Below are positions 9,044-16,972 of a stretch of 22,681 nucleotides of DNA, in pieces (position 1 is the stretch's first letter; the number at the start of each line of letters is the position of its first letter). Origin of the DNA: Candidatus Nanohaloarchaea archaeon (GTDB lineage Archaea > Nanohalarchaeota > Nanosalinia > Nanosalinales > Nanosalinaceae); assembly GCA_046539225.1 (NCBI GenBank), contig JBKHHG010000009.1:1-22681 (forward strand), given 5' to 3'. Position numbers and translations under genes: made by a program. Under the pieces are notes generated by a model. The model was not told the origin of the DNA. It did no database searches and saw only the letters and a list, made by a program, of their open reading frames with translations.

Positions 9044-9976
9044 TTAAGCTATCAGGAGGCCTATCGGCGCGGTCAGAACCGCTGACAGCAGGAAGGCTGA
9101 GATCCAGGCCGCAAACGTCCTGTAAATCTTTGAGTCGCTTCTGTTGCCGCTGCCCTCTACAAGGCCTGAGCCGATGACGGCTGCCACTATCGCAAGATTG
9201 AAGGATACCGGTATACCAAGCTGGATGCCTGCCTGTGCCAGAATCCCAGAAGAAATAAGCGCAGCGACCGATCTTCTCGGCCCTACGTTGCTGTAGTCGT
9301 ACGCCACGGCCTTGATTATCCGCGGCGAGATCATCCAGGATCCCATTAGGATAGCTCCTCCACCCAGAAACAGCAGAAAACCTGATTCAAGGCCTGAAGA
9401 CTGTAGAGGGCCGACAGCCAGGCCTACAGAAGCCGCTCCAGCAGTATAGGCCACGTAACTGCCAGAAACAAGCAGTAAATAGTTAATAAATTTTTCAGAT
9501 CCTTTTTTCGGTACATAAGCCTGGAGAAGTCTCGCCAAGATATATGAGACTATCAGAGAAAAGACCGGGGTCAGTATCCAGAAACTCAAGATTCTCCCAA
9601 ACTCTATCCAGTTGACAGCGTTGTTAAAACCAATGCTTGAGCCTATAACAGCCCCTACAATTGTGAAAGCGGTCGGCATAGGATAATCAGTTAAGACACT
9701 GATGATTACAAGGCCTGATCCGATAGTCAGTATCGCTGCCCCCTGTAGAACCGATATGCTTCCAAACAAGAGGCCTGATCCGACAGTTGAGGCCACGTTC
9801 TGTCCCTGGAGTACTGCGCCGATGAAAGCAAAGATCCCTGCAAGAAGAGCCAGTTTCATAACGTTGAGTCTGCCAGCAGAGTTCGCAGGAGCATATGAAG
9901 GGGCTACGCTGGATGCTCCTATCGATACCCCCATGAAAATCGAGGCTATCAGTGCAAAAACAAGTATTAAATCCAT
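9044..9976 (-). CDS. PiT/PHO4-family inorganic phosphate (anion) transporter, divergent signature
   Basis: MGVSIGA...G.NVASTVG.GL, PMPT...IVGAVIG, W..TP, YTAGA...GLAVGP, GIPVS....VAAVIGSG; PiT repeat topology. Translationally coupled to the upstream gene (TAATG at 9976). Confidence 0.85.
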   Translation of the reverse strand: MDLILVFALIASIFMGVSIGASSVAPSYAPANSAGRLNVMKLALLAGIFAFIGAVLQGQNVASTVGSGLLFGSISVLQGAAILTIGSGLVIISVLTDYPMPTAFTIVGAVIGSSIGFNNAVNWIEFGRILSFWILTPVFSLIVSYILARLLQAYVPKKGSEKFINYLLLVSGSYVAYTAGAASVGLAVGPLQSSGLESGFLLFLGGGAILMGSWMISPRIIKAVAYDYSNVGPRRSVAALISSGILAQAGIQLGIPVSFNLAIVAAVIGSGLVEGSGNRSDSKIYRTFAAWISAFLLSAVLTAPIGLLIA

Positions 9977-10539
9977 TAGTTATCCTCTTCTTTTAGATGC
10001 TGCTTCATACTGCTTCTCCTGTCTTTATCCGGCACGTTTATCTCCATCGTGTATTTTCCATCTTTCCTGGACCGTAGATCCACAGAAAACTCTTTAGCAT
10101 CAAAGAAGTAAGGATTGAACTTTGTCATGAGGCCTGAGTAGACTTCTTCCTCCATTCCTCTTGCTGCTTTTCTTGATCCGGAGCGGAAAGGCCTTGAAAA
10201 TTTCTGGGAGGCCTCTTTCAAATCTTTTCCTGCTTCTGACGGTTTTAATGCGTTTTTCCCGGCTTCAAGGGTTTTTCTGCCGGCTTCCGAGAAATCTTTT
10301 GATCCTCCAGAGTCTTTCTCCACTTTTTTCTTTTTGAGGGAGGCCGTCTCTACAGTCCTCTTTTTGATGTCTTCATCTGTGTCTTCCTCTCTGGGTCTCC
10401 AGGTCTCGAACTCTTCTATAGACTCCTGGTCGACTTCGTTTTCGAGGCCTTCCCTGACCTGTTGGGCGAACTCGGCTACTTCCTCTATACTCCCCTTTTT
10501 TCTGAGGCCTGCGTTTGTTTCCTCGATTTCTTCAGCCAT
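9976..10539 (-). CDS. Conserved haloarchaeal-type hypothetical protein (DUF5828-like)
   Basis: G....G...EV.E, E.WRP.E.....D...RT.E.AS and EE.VY...M....PYFFD....S patterns recalled from the DUF5828 family; no search run. Confidence 0.6.
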   Translation of the reverse strand: MAEEIEETNAGLRKKGSIEEVAEFAQQVREGLENEVDQESIEEFETWRPREEDTDEDIKKRTVETASLKKKKVEKDSGGSKDFSEAGRKTLEAGKNALKPSEAGKDLKEASQKFSRPFRSGSRKAARGMEEEVYSGLMTKFNPYFFDAKEFSVDLRSRKDGKYTMEINVPDKDRRSSMKQHLKEEDN

Positions 10540-10557
10540 TCTATAATGCTTTACAGG

Positions 10558-10571
10558 TTAAACCGGTTTAA
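10558..10571. promoter_or_regulatory. Perfect 14-bp palindrome TTAAACCGGTTTAA in the divergent promoter region
   Basis: Exact self-complementary sequence overlapping TATA-like boxes 19-32 nt upstream of the ATG at 10539. Confidence 0.45.
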
Positions 10572-10647
10572 AACTCTATCCATATGGATGCTTATTCACG
10601 GGTTTCTTAACAGTTGCTTTTTGAAGTTCAGGCCTCAAAAACTGTCT

Positions 10648-11289
10648 ATGGATCACAGAATCAAAACCATTGGAATCGCCTCAGGCCTGATCGCTTTGAA
10701 TGTGGCTTTGATGTCGGGGATTGCATTCAGCCCCATTGCATCAATCACAGGCCTCGTATTCGAGCATTTGATCATCGGCGTCCTGTTCTTCGGTGCGTTC
10801 CTGACAGCCGGGGTCTGGATCGCCAAGTCCGGGATCAGGAACAACGATAAAACGAGGACAGGCCTCGGAGCCGGGATTCTACAGGCCGCGTACGGCATAT
10901 TCGGAGGCGGAATTCTAAGCCTTGCACCTCCAAGTCTGATGCCGATCGTGATCCTCTCGACATTTGCGGCGACCCTGACAATCTCGGTTCTTTCAGCCGC
11001 ACTGGTTTACTTCACAGGCAGAGACTTTTCCCGGTGGGGAATTTACTCGACCTATCTCTTCCTCGGTGTTATAGGCCTTTCACTCTTCGGCACGTTCCTC
11101 CCTGGATTCGGGGTAATCGCGTTCTTCCTCGCATTAGCAGGCTTCACAACCTATCTAATCCATGAAATCTATATTTTACGGGAGCAGGAGGCCTCAGCTT
11201 TGATGAACGGGCTCGGAATCTACATCGCGTTCATGGGAGTCTTTGTACAGGTGCTTCAGATGGTGTTAAGGTTCTACCTTGAAAGGTGA
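10648..11289 (+). CDS. Bax inhibitor-1/YccA-like membrane protein
   Basis: About 7 TM segments; T.......A.LVYFTGRDFSRWG and terminal GLGIYIAFMGVFVQVLQ resemble the TMBIM family. ATG at 10648 chosen because the upstream extension overlaps the opposite-strand gene. Confidence 0.65.
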   Translation: MDHRIKTIGIASGLIALNVALMSGIAFSPIASITGLVFEHLIIGVLFFGAFLTAGVWIAKSGIRNNDKTRTGLGAGILQAAYGIFGGGILSLAPPSLMPIVILSTFAATLTISVLSAALVYFTGRDFSRWGIYSTYLFLGVIGLSLFGTFLPGFGVIAFFLALAGFTTYLIHEIYILREQEASALMNGLGIYIAFMGVFVQVLQMVLRFYLER

Positions 11290-11306
11290 AACCATTGAAG
11301 CATAGA

Positions 11307-11747
11307 ATGGATAATTACGAAGAAATCTACGAAAAAGAGCTTGAAGACTCAGTGGACAGAGTTCTGCATCCTTTCAAGGCCTCGGAACTCGATGCTTCAA
11401 TGCCGGACAAAGTGGTTAGCAGAGTCCTCAGAAACGTTTCAGAGGACGAGGCCTACAACCTTGAAATCGTGGACAAACATCCCCGGTACTTCAGCAGGAA
11501 CGGCGTAAAAGGAGTAAAACTCGACTACCCTGAGGAAACACAGCGAATAGGCAGGAGAGCGACGCAGGTTCTCAGGCATCAGGGAACTTTGAATGAGGAA
11601 GAGCTGAACCAGGTAATCGACTATCTAACCGGTGAAGAGGCCTCACTGACCCGTCTACTATCGCGGAGAGGCGAAGTAAAAGACCTAATCAGGGAGATTG
11701 GCGCAGAGTACGACCCAGAAAACCAGGAGTTCAACTGGACAAAATAA
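11307..11747 (+). CDS. Hypothetical acidic protein
   Basis: Open frame with genome-typical composition filling the space between co-oriented genes; start at ATG 11307 or GTG 11286. Confidence 0.65.
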   Translation: MDNYEEIYEKELEDSVDRVLHPFKASELDASMPDKVVSRVLRNVSEDEAYNLEIVDKHPRYFSRNGVKGVKLDYPEETQRIGRRATQVLRHQGTLNEEELNQVIDYLTGEEASLTRLLSRRGEVKDLIREIGAEYDPENQEFNWTK

Positions 11748-11772
11748 AACAGTTGAGGCCTGTTCTTGAATT

Positions 11773-12174
11773 ATGAGCCACAGAGAGAAAATCCTTTCAG
11801 CACTTGAAGAATCTCCGATGAGTTTCTCCGAGCTCAAAGAGAAGACAGGCCTTGCCAACGGAGTAATACAGCACCATATCAACGCCTCAGAGAAGATAAA
11901 GAAAGAAAACGGCGCCCTGATCTTAAAAGGAAAATGCGACAGCTGCGATCTAAGAGAAGAATGCTGCAACGACTGTATAATCCTCAAGATCAACGATGAG
12001 AGAAAAAGAGATATACTTAAGCTGAAAGACGAAGGCCTTACACAGTCAGAGATAGCAGAAAAACTTGAGCTCTCAAGGCCTACCGTGAACCACCACTTCC
12101 AGGATTTAAGGCTTAACGGACTGATAAAAGACGGAGAAGTAAGAGAAAATATTTCAGAGGCCTTAAAGGAGTGA
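11773..12174 (+). CDS. Double winged-helix transcriptional regulator with central Cys cluster
   Basis: HTH1 MSFSELKEKTGLANGVIQHHI; CDSCDLREECCNDC; HTH2 LTQSEIAEKLELSRPTVNHHFQDLRLNGLI (ArsR-like). Confidence 0.8.
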   Translation: MSHREKILSALEESPMSFSELKEKTGLANGVIQHHINASEKIKKENGALILKGKCDSCDLREECCNDCIILKINDERKRDILKLKDEGLTQSEIAEKLELSRPTVNHHFQDLRLNGLIKDGEVRENISEALKE

Positions 12175-12471
12175 AACCTTTTTCATCTCGGTTAAGAACT
12201 TTTCCACATCTTCCTCATTATTGTAGAGGTGCATAGACGCCCTTAAAGTCGAGTCAAACTTTTTTCCCTTGAACCATGGATGTACGCAGTGCTGGCCCGA
12301 CCTCACCTTTACTCCTCTCCGGTTTAAAATCTCTGAGGCCTCATTACAGCTCATAGACCCGGGTATTACAGATACTATGCCTGCTCCCTGATTCAAAACT
12401 TTTACATCGAGTTTTTCAAGGCCTGAAACCATTTTATCCGTCAGTTGTTTTTCATGACGGTAAATTCTCTC
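12163..12471 (-). pseudogene. sufS: 3' remnant of cysteine desulfurase (SufS/CsdA type)
   Basis: Frame reads ERIYRHEKQLTDKMVSGLEKL...GIVS...RGVKVRSGQHCVHP...LRASMHLYNNEEDVEKF (catalytic RxGxHC). The N-terminal ~300 aa, including the PLP lysine, are missing, and the frame hits a TAG upstream. Confidence 0.85.
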
Positions 12472-12544
12472 TGGTGTAATGGCGGTAGGCCGCGGAGAAG
12501 ATGCCGAGAAACGCGAATACGATAAGGCCTACAAAGCAGATCAT
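12452..12544 (-). pseudogene. 5' remnant of a membrane-protein gene (30 aa)
   Basis: ATG at 12544 gives MICFVGLIVFAFLGIFSAAYRHYTRENLPS*: a clean TM helix plus basic residues, ending shortly after it runs into sufS-derived DNA in another frame. Confidence 0.55.
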
Positions 12545-12632
12545 AAGTAGCGTTCTCGGGTTGAAATGTTAAGGATACTTGTGCAGATTTCTTACAGTTT
12601 CTTTTTTCAACTGTCCGGCCTTATTGAACAGT

Positions 12633-13562
12633 ATGGATGTAGGATGGTTTAACCTGAAGGAATGGGAGGATGTGGAAGGATACGAAACTTTTGAAAGGCC
12701 TTTAGGCGAGGTAGACTGTGGTGAACACGACTTTGACGTGATCTCGGTTTTTGCCTCGTCCGAGGTAACCGGCGAGATGCTTGAAGAGTTGAGGCCTGAA
12801 GCCGTGGTGACGCGTTCCACAGGATTCGACCATATAGATACTGAAAAAGCCGAGGAGCTCGGTATAGAGGTCTACAATGTTCCGAACTATGGGTCCAGCA
12901 CGGTGGCAGAACACGCATTCGCGTTACTGCTGTTTCTCTCAAGAAACTTGAGGAAGGCAGACGAAAGAACACGCAACAACTTCAGCTTTGAAGGACTTGA
13001 AGGCTTCGAACTAAAAGATAAAAAGCTTGGAGTAGTGGGGACAGGTGAGATAGGCCAGAAAGCCATTAAGATAGCGAAAGGATTCGAGATGGAGGTAATA
13101 GCATACGATCCGTACGAGAGAGAAGGCCTTGAGGAAGAACTCGGCTTTATGTACGTCGAACTCGAAGACTTGATACAGAAATCGGATATTATATCGCTTC
13201 ACTGTCCATTAACCAGGGAAAACCATCACATGTTTTCAAGCGAAGAGTTTGAAGAAATGGACGGAACTGTCTTGATTAATACGGCCCGGGGAGGCCTTGT
13301 AGAGGCTGAAGCACTGGTTGATGCCCTTGAAGAAGATTATGTAAAATACGCGGGTCTTGACGTCCTCGAGGAAGAGGATGAGATGCGTGAGGACGCCAAA
13401 ATCCAGGACTCGATTATAGAGGCCAATGAACAGCTGATTGAAAGAGAGGACGCCCTTGTAACGCCGCACTCCGCATTTAATACGTGGGAGGCCAAGCAGA
13501 GGATAGTCGAGACAACTATCAAGAATATCGAGGAGAGGCCTGAAGAAAACCGTGTGGTTTAG
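12633..13562 (+). CDS. D-isomer-specific 2-hydroxyacid dehydrogenase (D-lactate dehydrogenase-like)
   Basis: TRSTGFDHID, NVPNYG..TVAEHA, Rossmann GVVGTGEIG, SLHCPLT, INTARGGLV, GLDVLEEE, TPHSAF; ATG at 12633. Confidence 0.93.
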   Translation: MDVGWFNLKEWEDVEGYETFERPLGEVDCGEHDFDVISVFASSEVTGEMLEELRPEAVVTRSTGFDHIDTEKAEELGIEVYNVPNYGSSTVAEHAFALLLFLSRNLRKADERTRNNFSFEGLEGFELKDKKLGVVGTGEIGQKAIKIAKGFEMEVIAYDPYEREGLEEELGFMYVELEDLIQKSDIISLHCPLTRENHHMFSSEEFEEMDGTVLINTARGGLVEAEALVDALEEDYVKYAGLDVLEEEDEMREDAKIQDSIIEANEQLIEREDALVTPHSAFNTWEAKQRIVETTIKNIEERPEENRVV

Positions 13563-14953
13563 AAAATTCCTTCGAAGAACTCTACGATGCCATCCCAGAG
13601 TTCAAGAGGGTTAAAAGGCGACCGGGCAAAGCCTCCTACAGGGCCTGAACCTTCAGGTTCTTCTTCCTGAGCAGCAGTTTCAAAGTTGAGCACCTGGCTG
13701 TACGAGTCCTCAGCGTTCTCGTCCTCCACAGTCAAAGTAACGTTTACCTCGTCTTCCTCGAATGATTCAACAGCCTGAGGGCCTTCATCCCCGAAACTCC
13801 ACTCGTAGCTCTCAATCTCGGAGTCCGGCGAGTAAGAGTTGGACGCATCAAACCTCACGTTCTCCCGTGGATCCGGCTCAGTATACTCTACGCTGAAGAA
13901 GGCTGTAGGCCTCTGAACCTCGACAGTCTCAGTCTCATTGACTGACTCGTTGACTTCTTCATCTTTAGTCTGATTGACGACCTGTGTTTCAGTAACGGTA
14001 GAGGTCTCGGTTTCTGTGACAACATCTTCCTCGATTACATTCGAGGTAAAAACGCCGTACAACGGATACTTAAACTCGAGGTCTGACTCTATGACTCCGT
14101 TATCTCCCTGAGCTATTCTCTCCCATGAACAGTCCTGTTCCTCGAAACTGCAGCCGTAAAGTCTTGGATCCTCGCGTTGCCTGTTTTCGATCGATTCCTG
14201 GTCGTATTCAAGCCTTGCAACGCCTGAAACATCTGTGTGAGGCCTGAACTCGTAGTACTCGAGGGCGAACTCTTCGCTTCCAGGCCTGTCAGTCTCCGCA
14301 TTGATGTAGCTGTAGCCTACCACTGTGAAATCGACGTTGGACTCGGATACAATCTCTATCCCCTGGTTTTCCAAAAGTTCATGGCTTGAGCCGTTGATAA
14401 CACCGTTTTCGCCCGTGGAGACAACAGGGTCGAACTCGGGAAGGCCTGTCCACCCTGCAAACTCGTAATCAACATCGTATGTGCCCGGCTCCATCTTCAC
14501 GTCAGGAGTAACGTTCAGATCAACCTCTCCATCAACGACCTGGAAGCTCGGCAAGACAGTGATCGCATCCTCGGTGAAGCATAGAACCTCCGAGCCGTCC
14601 AGCATCGAGGCCTTACCCCTGTAGAACTCTCCCACATCTCCGCGGGAAACAGGCCTCTCTCCTGCGGTGCATTCCAGCGAGTAGTTCTTCTCAAGGCCTC
14701 CTTCTTCAAAGCTCAGCTCTCCATCTACTTCAAAGTTCTCCCCTCTCGCACCGTCAAAACTGACGTTCAACACGAACGGATCCCTCTCACCTTCAAAATG
14801 GTCGCCCTCATACGTAAACTCAAGCAAGGCCTCACCAGTCTCACCAGCCACCATATCCGGATCCTCAACCGCCTCTAAATCAGTGTAATCCGCGGCTGAA
14901 ACCATTCCAAGGCCTAAAATCAATACCAGCGTCAAGACCACGAGTTTTCTCAT
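13559..14953 (-). CDS. Secreted multidomain surface protein: signal peptide, beta-sandwich domain, PGF-pre-PGF-like domain, Thr/Glu linker, PKD domain, amphipathic C-tail
   Basis: MRKLVVLTLVLILGLGMVSA signal; PKD PTAFF...VRFDASNSYSPDSEIESYEWSFGD...VTLTVED; linker TETETSTVTET; tail GPVGGFARSPFNPLELWDGIVEFFEGIF; SD GAGGTGA at 14961-14967; ATGA overlap with the upstream gene. Confidence 0.8.
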   Translation of the reverse strand: MRKLVVLTLVLILGLGMVSAADYTDLEAVEDPDMVAGETGEALLEFTYEGDHFEGERDPFVLNVSFDGARGENFEVDGELSFEEGGLEKNYSLECTAGERPVSRGDVGEFYRGKASMLDGSEVLCFTEDAITVLPSFQVVDGEVDLNVTPDVKMEPGTYDVDYEFAGWTGLPEFDPVVSTGENGVINGSSHELLENQGIEIVSESNVDFTVVGYSYINAETDRPGSEEFALEYYEFRPHTDVSGVARLEYDQESIENRQREDPRLYGCSFEEQDCSWERIAQGDNGVIESDLEFKYPLYGVFTSNVIEEDVVTETETSTVTETQVVNQTKDEEVNESVNETETVEVQRPTAFFSVEYTEPDPRENVRFDASNSYSPDSEIESYEWSFGDEGPQAVESFEEDEVNVTLTVEDENAEDSYSQVLNFETAAQEEEPEGSGPVGGFARSPFNPLELWDGIVEFFEGIF

Positions 14954-15498
14954 TGAGCGCTCACCTCTACCTTTGAATCCCCAGTCGCAGCGTACTGAAT
15001 TTCCGCATCATCAGCCAACACGTTTATCTCCAATTCCAGTTCATCAACTTCCGAATCCAGAATGCCCTCACAAGAGTCGCTTACAATGTCTTTATCATCC
15101 TTGGGTGTTACAGTTACTTTTCCCGTACATATCGAGTACGATGAATCACTGCTTTTACCTCGTAAGGTCAACTCCACATCGGTAGAATCAACAGCATCTG
15201 TTTCAAGCTCTGCATCCAAGTAATAAGTGAGATTCATTGGATACCAATCTGATTCAGGAAGCCCCTCACGAGTATAGTAATCTAAAGTCGACTTATCAAC
15301 GGTTGAATAAGTAAAGTGATCATCTGAACCAAAATTCTGTCCTTCAACAAGCCTCTCATCATTGGCAACATAAAAAGTAGGGCCCTCAACTTCAGCATCA
15401 CCTGAGACAACACCAAAACTATCAAGCACAGAAGCAGAGGATATACCTAAAACTAAAAGCAACCCTGCCAAAACCATTGACACCTTGAAAGCCTTCAT
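14950..15498 (-). CDS. Secreted beta-rich protein, putative minor/tip subunit
   Basis: Signal MKAFKVSMVLAGLLLVLGISSA, then SVLDSFGVVSGDAEV, similar to the mature N-terminus of the upstream gene; two Cys. ATG at 15498 preferred. Confidence 0.75.
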   Translation of the reverse strand: MKAFKVSMVLAGLLLVLGISSASVLDSFGVVSGDAEVEGPTFYVANDERLVEGQNFGSDDHFTYSTVDKSTLDYYTREGLPESDWYPMNLTYYLDAELETDAVDSTDVELTLRGKSSDSSYSICTGKVTVTPKDDKDIVSDSCEGILDSEVDELELEINVLADDAEIQYAATGDSKVEVSAQ

Positions 15499-15552
15499 AC
15501 GTAAAAGACAGGCCTCAGCTATCAACTAAAGGCCTGCTCAAATCCCCTTCCT

Positions 15553-15562
15553 AAAAATAAAA
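15553..15562 (-). terminator. Possible oligo-U terminator after the putative major subunit gene
   Basis: Minus strand reads TTTTATTTTT about 20 nt after the stop at 15583; archaeal terminators are U-rich. Confidence 0.35.
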
Positions 15563-15582
15563 TGGAAGAGTGAATGTGAAAT

Positions 15583-16659
15583 CTATTCCTCAGGATCGAC
15601 CTGTCTCTCCTGATCATAATCAGCGTTAACTTCGGCGTCAACGCTGTAATCGTAGGAAGGATCAAGGTTGATAGCCCATTCATTGACCATTACGTAGGAG
15701 TTAGACTGATCAGGCTGAACTGTCTCTACGGTGCTCTCATCACCAGAGATAATCTCTCCATCAACTAATCTGTATTCGTGATACTGACTTGAATCAGTCC
15801 ATTTATCGCTTGGATTGACAGGATAATAGTAGTTCTCCGCTGGAGCTCCTTCACTTTCTCTTGGAGCATCTTTATGATCTTGATCGTTTAGGAAGAACCT
15901 AACTCCTTTTCCAACTCTATCTTCATCTATAGTGATTGTATATTCGACATCACTAGTTCCTCCCCAGTTTAGCTGATTAAAGTCCACGAAGTTACCTGAA
16001 ATTCCGTCCTCATTACTGGCAGAAGTCCAGCTACTCCATTCACCGTTTTCAAGTTCTCTGTATTGCTATTCTCCTCCTTGACTGTCTTTTCTGTTGAAGT
16101 CCATCTGAGCATCTGGAGTTCCATCTCTATCTTGATCCATCATGAAAATGACTTGATACTCATCGTCATTTGGAGGAAGATCTCTATCTTCGATAGACCC
16201 TTCAATCACTACTTCACCATTTTCTACATCGTAATCCACCGTTACATTACCGGCGTCTGAGCTGTCAATATTGTAGACGAACTGACCTGTCTCTTGGCCG
16301 CTAGCAGAATAGACTGTTGTATCTACCCCATTCATATTTCCTGAATCACCGCCATTTGCTTCTCTCTCAAGGTTGAGTCCATAGTCTACTTCTGTCTCAG
16401 ATGTCTGGCTGTTGACAGTGAAAGAATCGACAGTGGTCTGACCTACATCCAGATTTCCATCATAGCTCACTGAAGATGGACCCTCAACTGTTACAGCCTT
16501 ATCTGTTACTGTTGCTTCTCCTTCTAATGTTCCGAAGCTACTGAGGAGTGCTGCTGATGCGCCTCCTACGATGAGTAGGCCTGCTATGACAAGTACTGAA
16601 ACGCTTCTTCCAAGGAGTTCGACTTCGTGTTCGAGCGCTTTTTTCACGTGTTTCTTCAT
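15583..16659 (-). CDS. Secreted putative major surface/filament subunit (358 codons) interrupted by one in-frame TAG at 16066-16068
   Basis: The 197-aa and 134-aa ORFs share a frame, and the gap translates without further stops: ...SQGGE*QYRELENGEWSSWTSASNEDGISGNFVDFNQL.... Signal peptide ending GGASA, then ALLSSFGTLEGEATV; strong SD. Confidence 0.75.
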
Positions 16660-16665
16660 TTATTG

Positions 16666-16673
16666 TCACCTCC
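16666..16673 (-). promoter_or_regulatory. Shine-Dalgarno GGAGGTGA of the putative major subunit gene
   Basis: Minus strand reads CCGGAGGTGACAATAAATG, with ATG at 16659. Confidence 0.75.
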
Positions 16674-16972
16674 GGTCGTTTTCCGATACTTTATTTTTGA
16701 AGGTTTTTGGAGAAGAATATGAAGGATAGAAAATGATAGCTGTATTTTTCAAAGGCCTGAGGCCTTTTACTACTATTTCTACCTCCCCCGCCACGAGACA
16801 CATATTTTACTGCGAGCCACCGACTTTTTTATTGGTTTCCATAAGTTAAACTATGTCTAAGCTTTATTTATTGGCGGTAGTAAAAGCTCTTTAAACCTCT
16901 GTGTAGAGTTTTGAAGGCCTTAAACCCTGGTAAAAGGTTTTTAACTTTTGAAACCTGATTATCTACTGTTTA

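Noticed and set aside
9711..9783. 13-bp direct repeat AGGCCTGATCCGA 60 bp apart
   Set aside because: Both encode GSGL in the PiT gene and include the abundant palindrome; only two copies.
10462..10647. Long N-terminal extension of the BI-1-like ORF
   Set aside because: Overlaps the opposite-strand gene and the divergent promoter; ATG at 10648 is more plausible.
16066..16068. Genome-wide TAG reassignment or pyrrolysine
   Set aside because: TAG ends other genes at natural positions (scpB 6124, 15583, 17452, 22427), no other gene has an internal TAG, and no pyl genes are in the window.
14950..16659. Type IV pilins or archaellins
   Set aside because: The hydrophobic stretch precedes an AxA/SxA signal peptidase I-type site; there is no class III cleavage motif before the hydrophobic helix and no ATPase/TadC gene nearby.
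16660..16972. tRNA or other structured RNA gene in the longest spacer
   Set aside because: AT-rich, with no cloverleaf or T-loop motif recognisable by eye.
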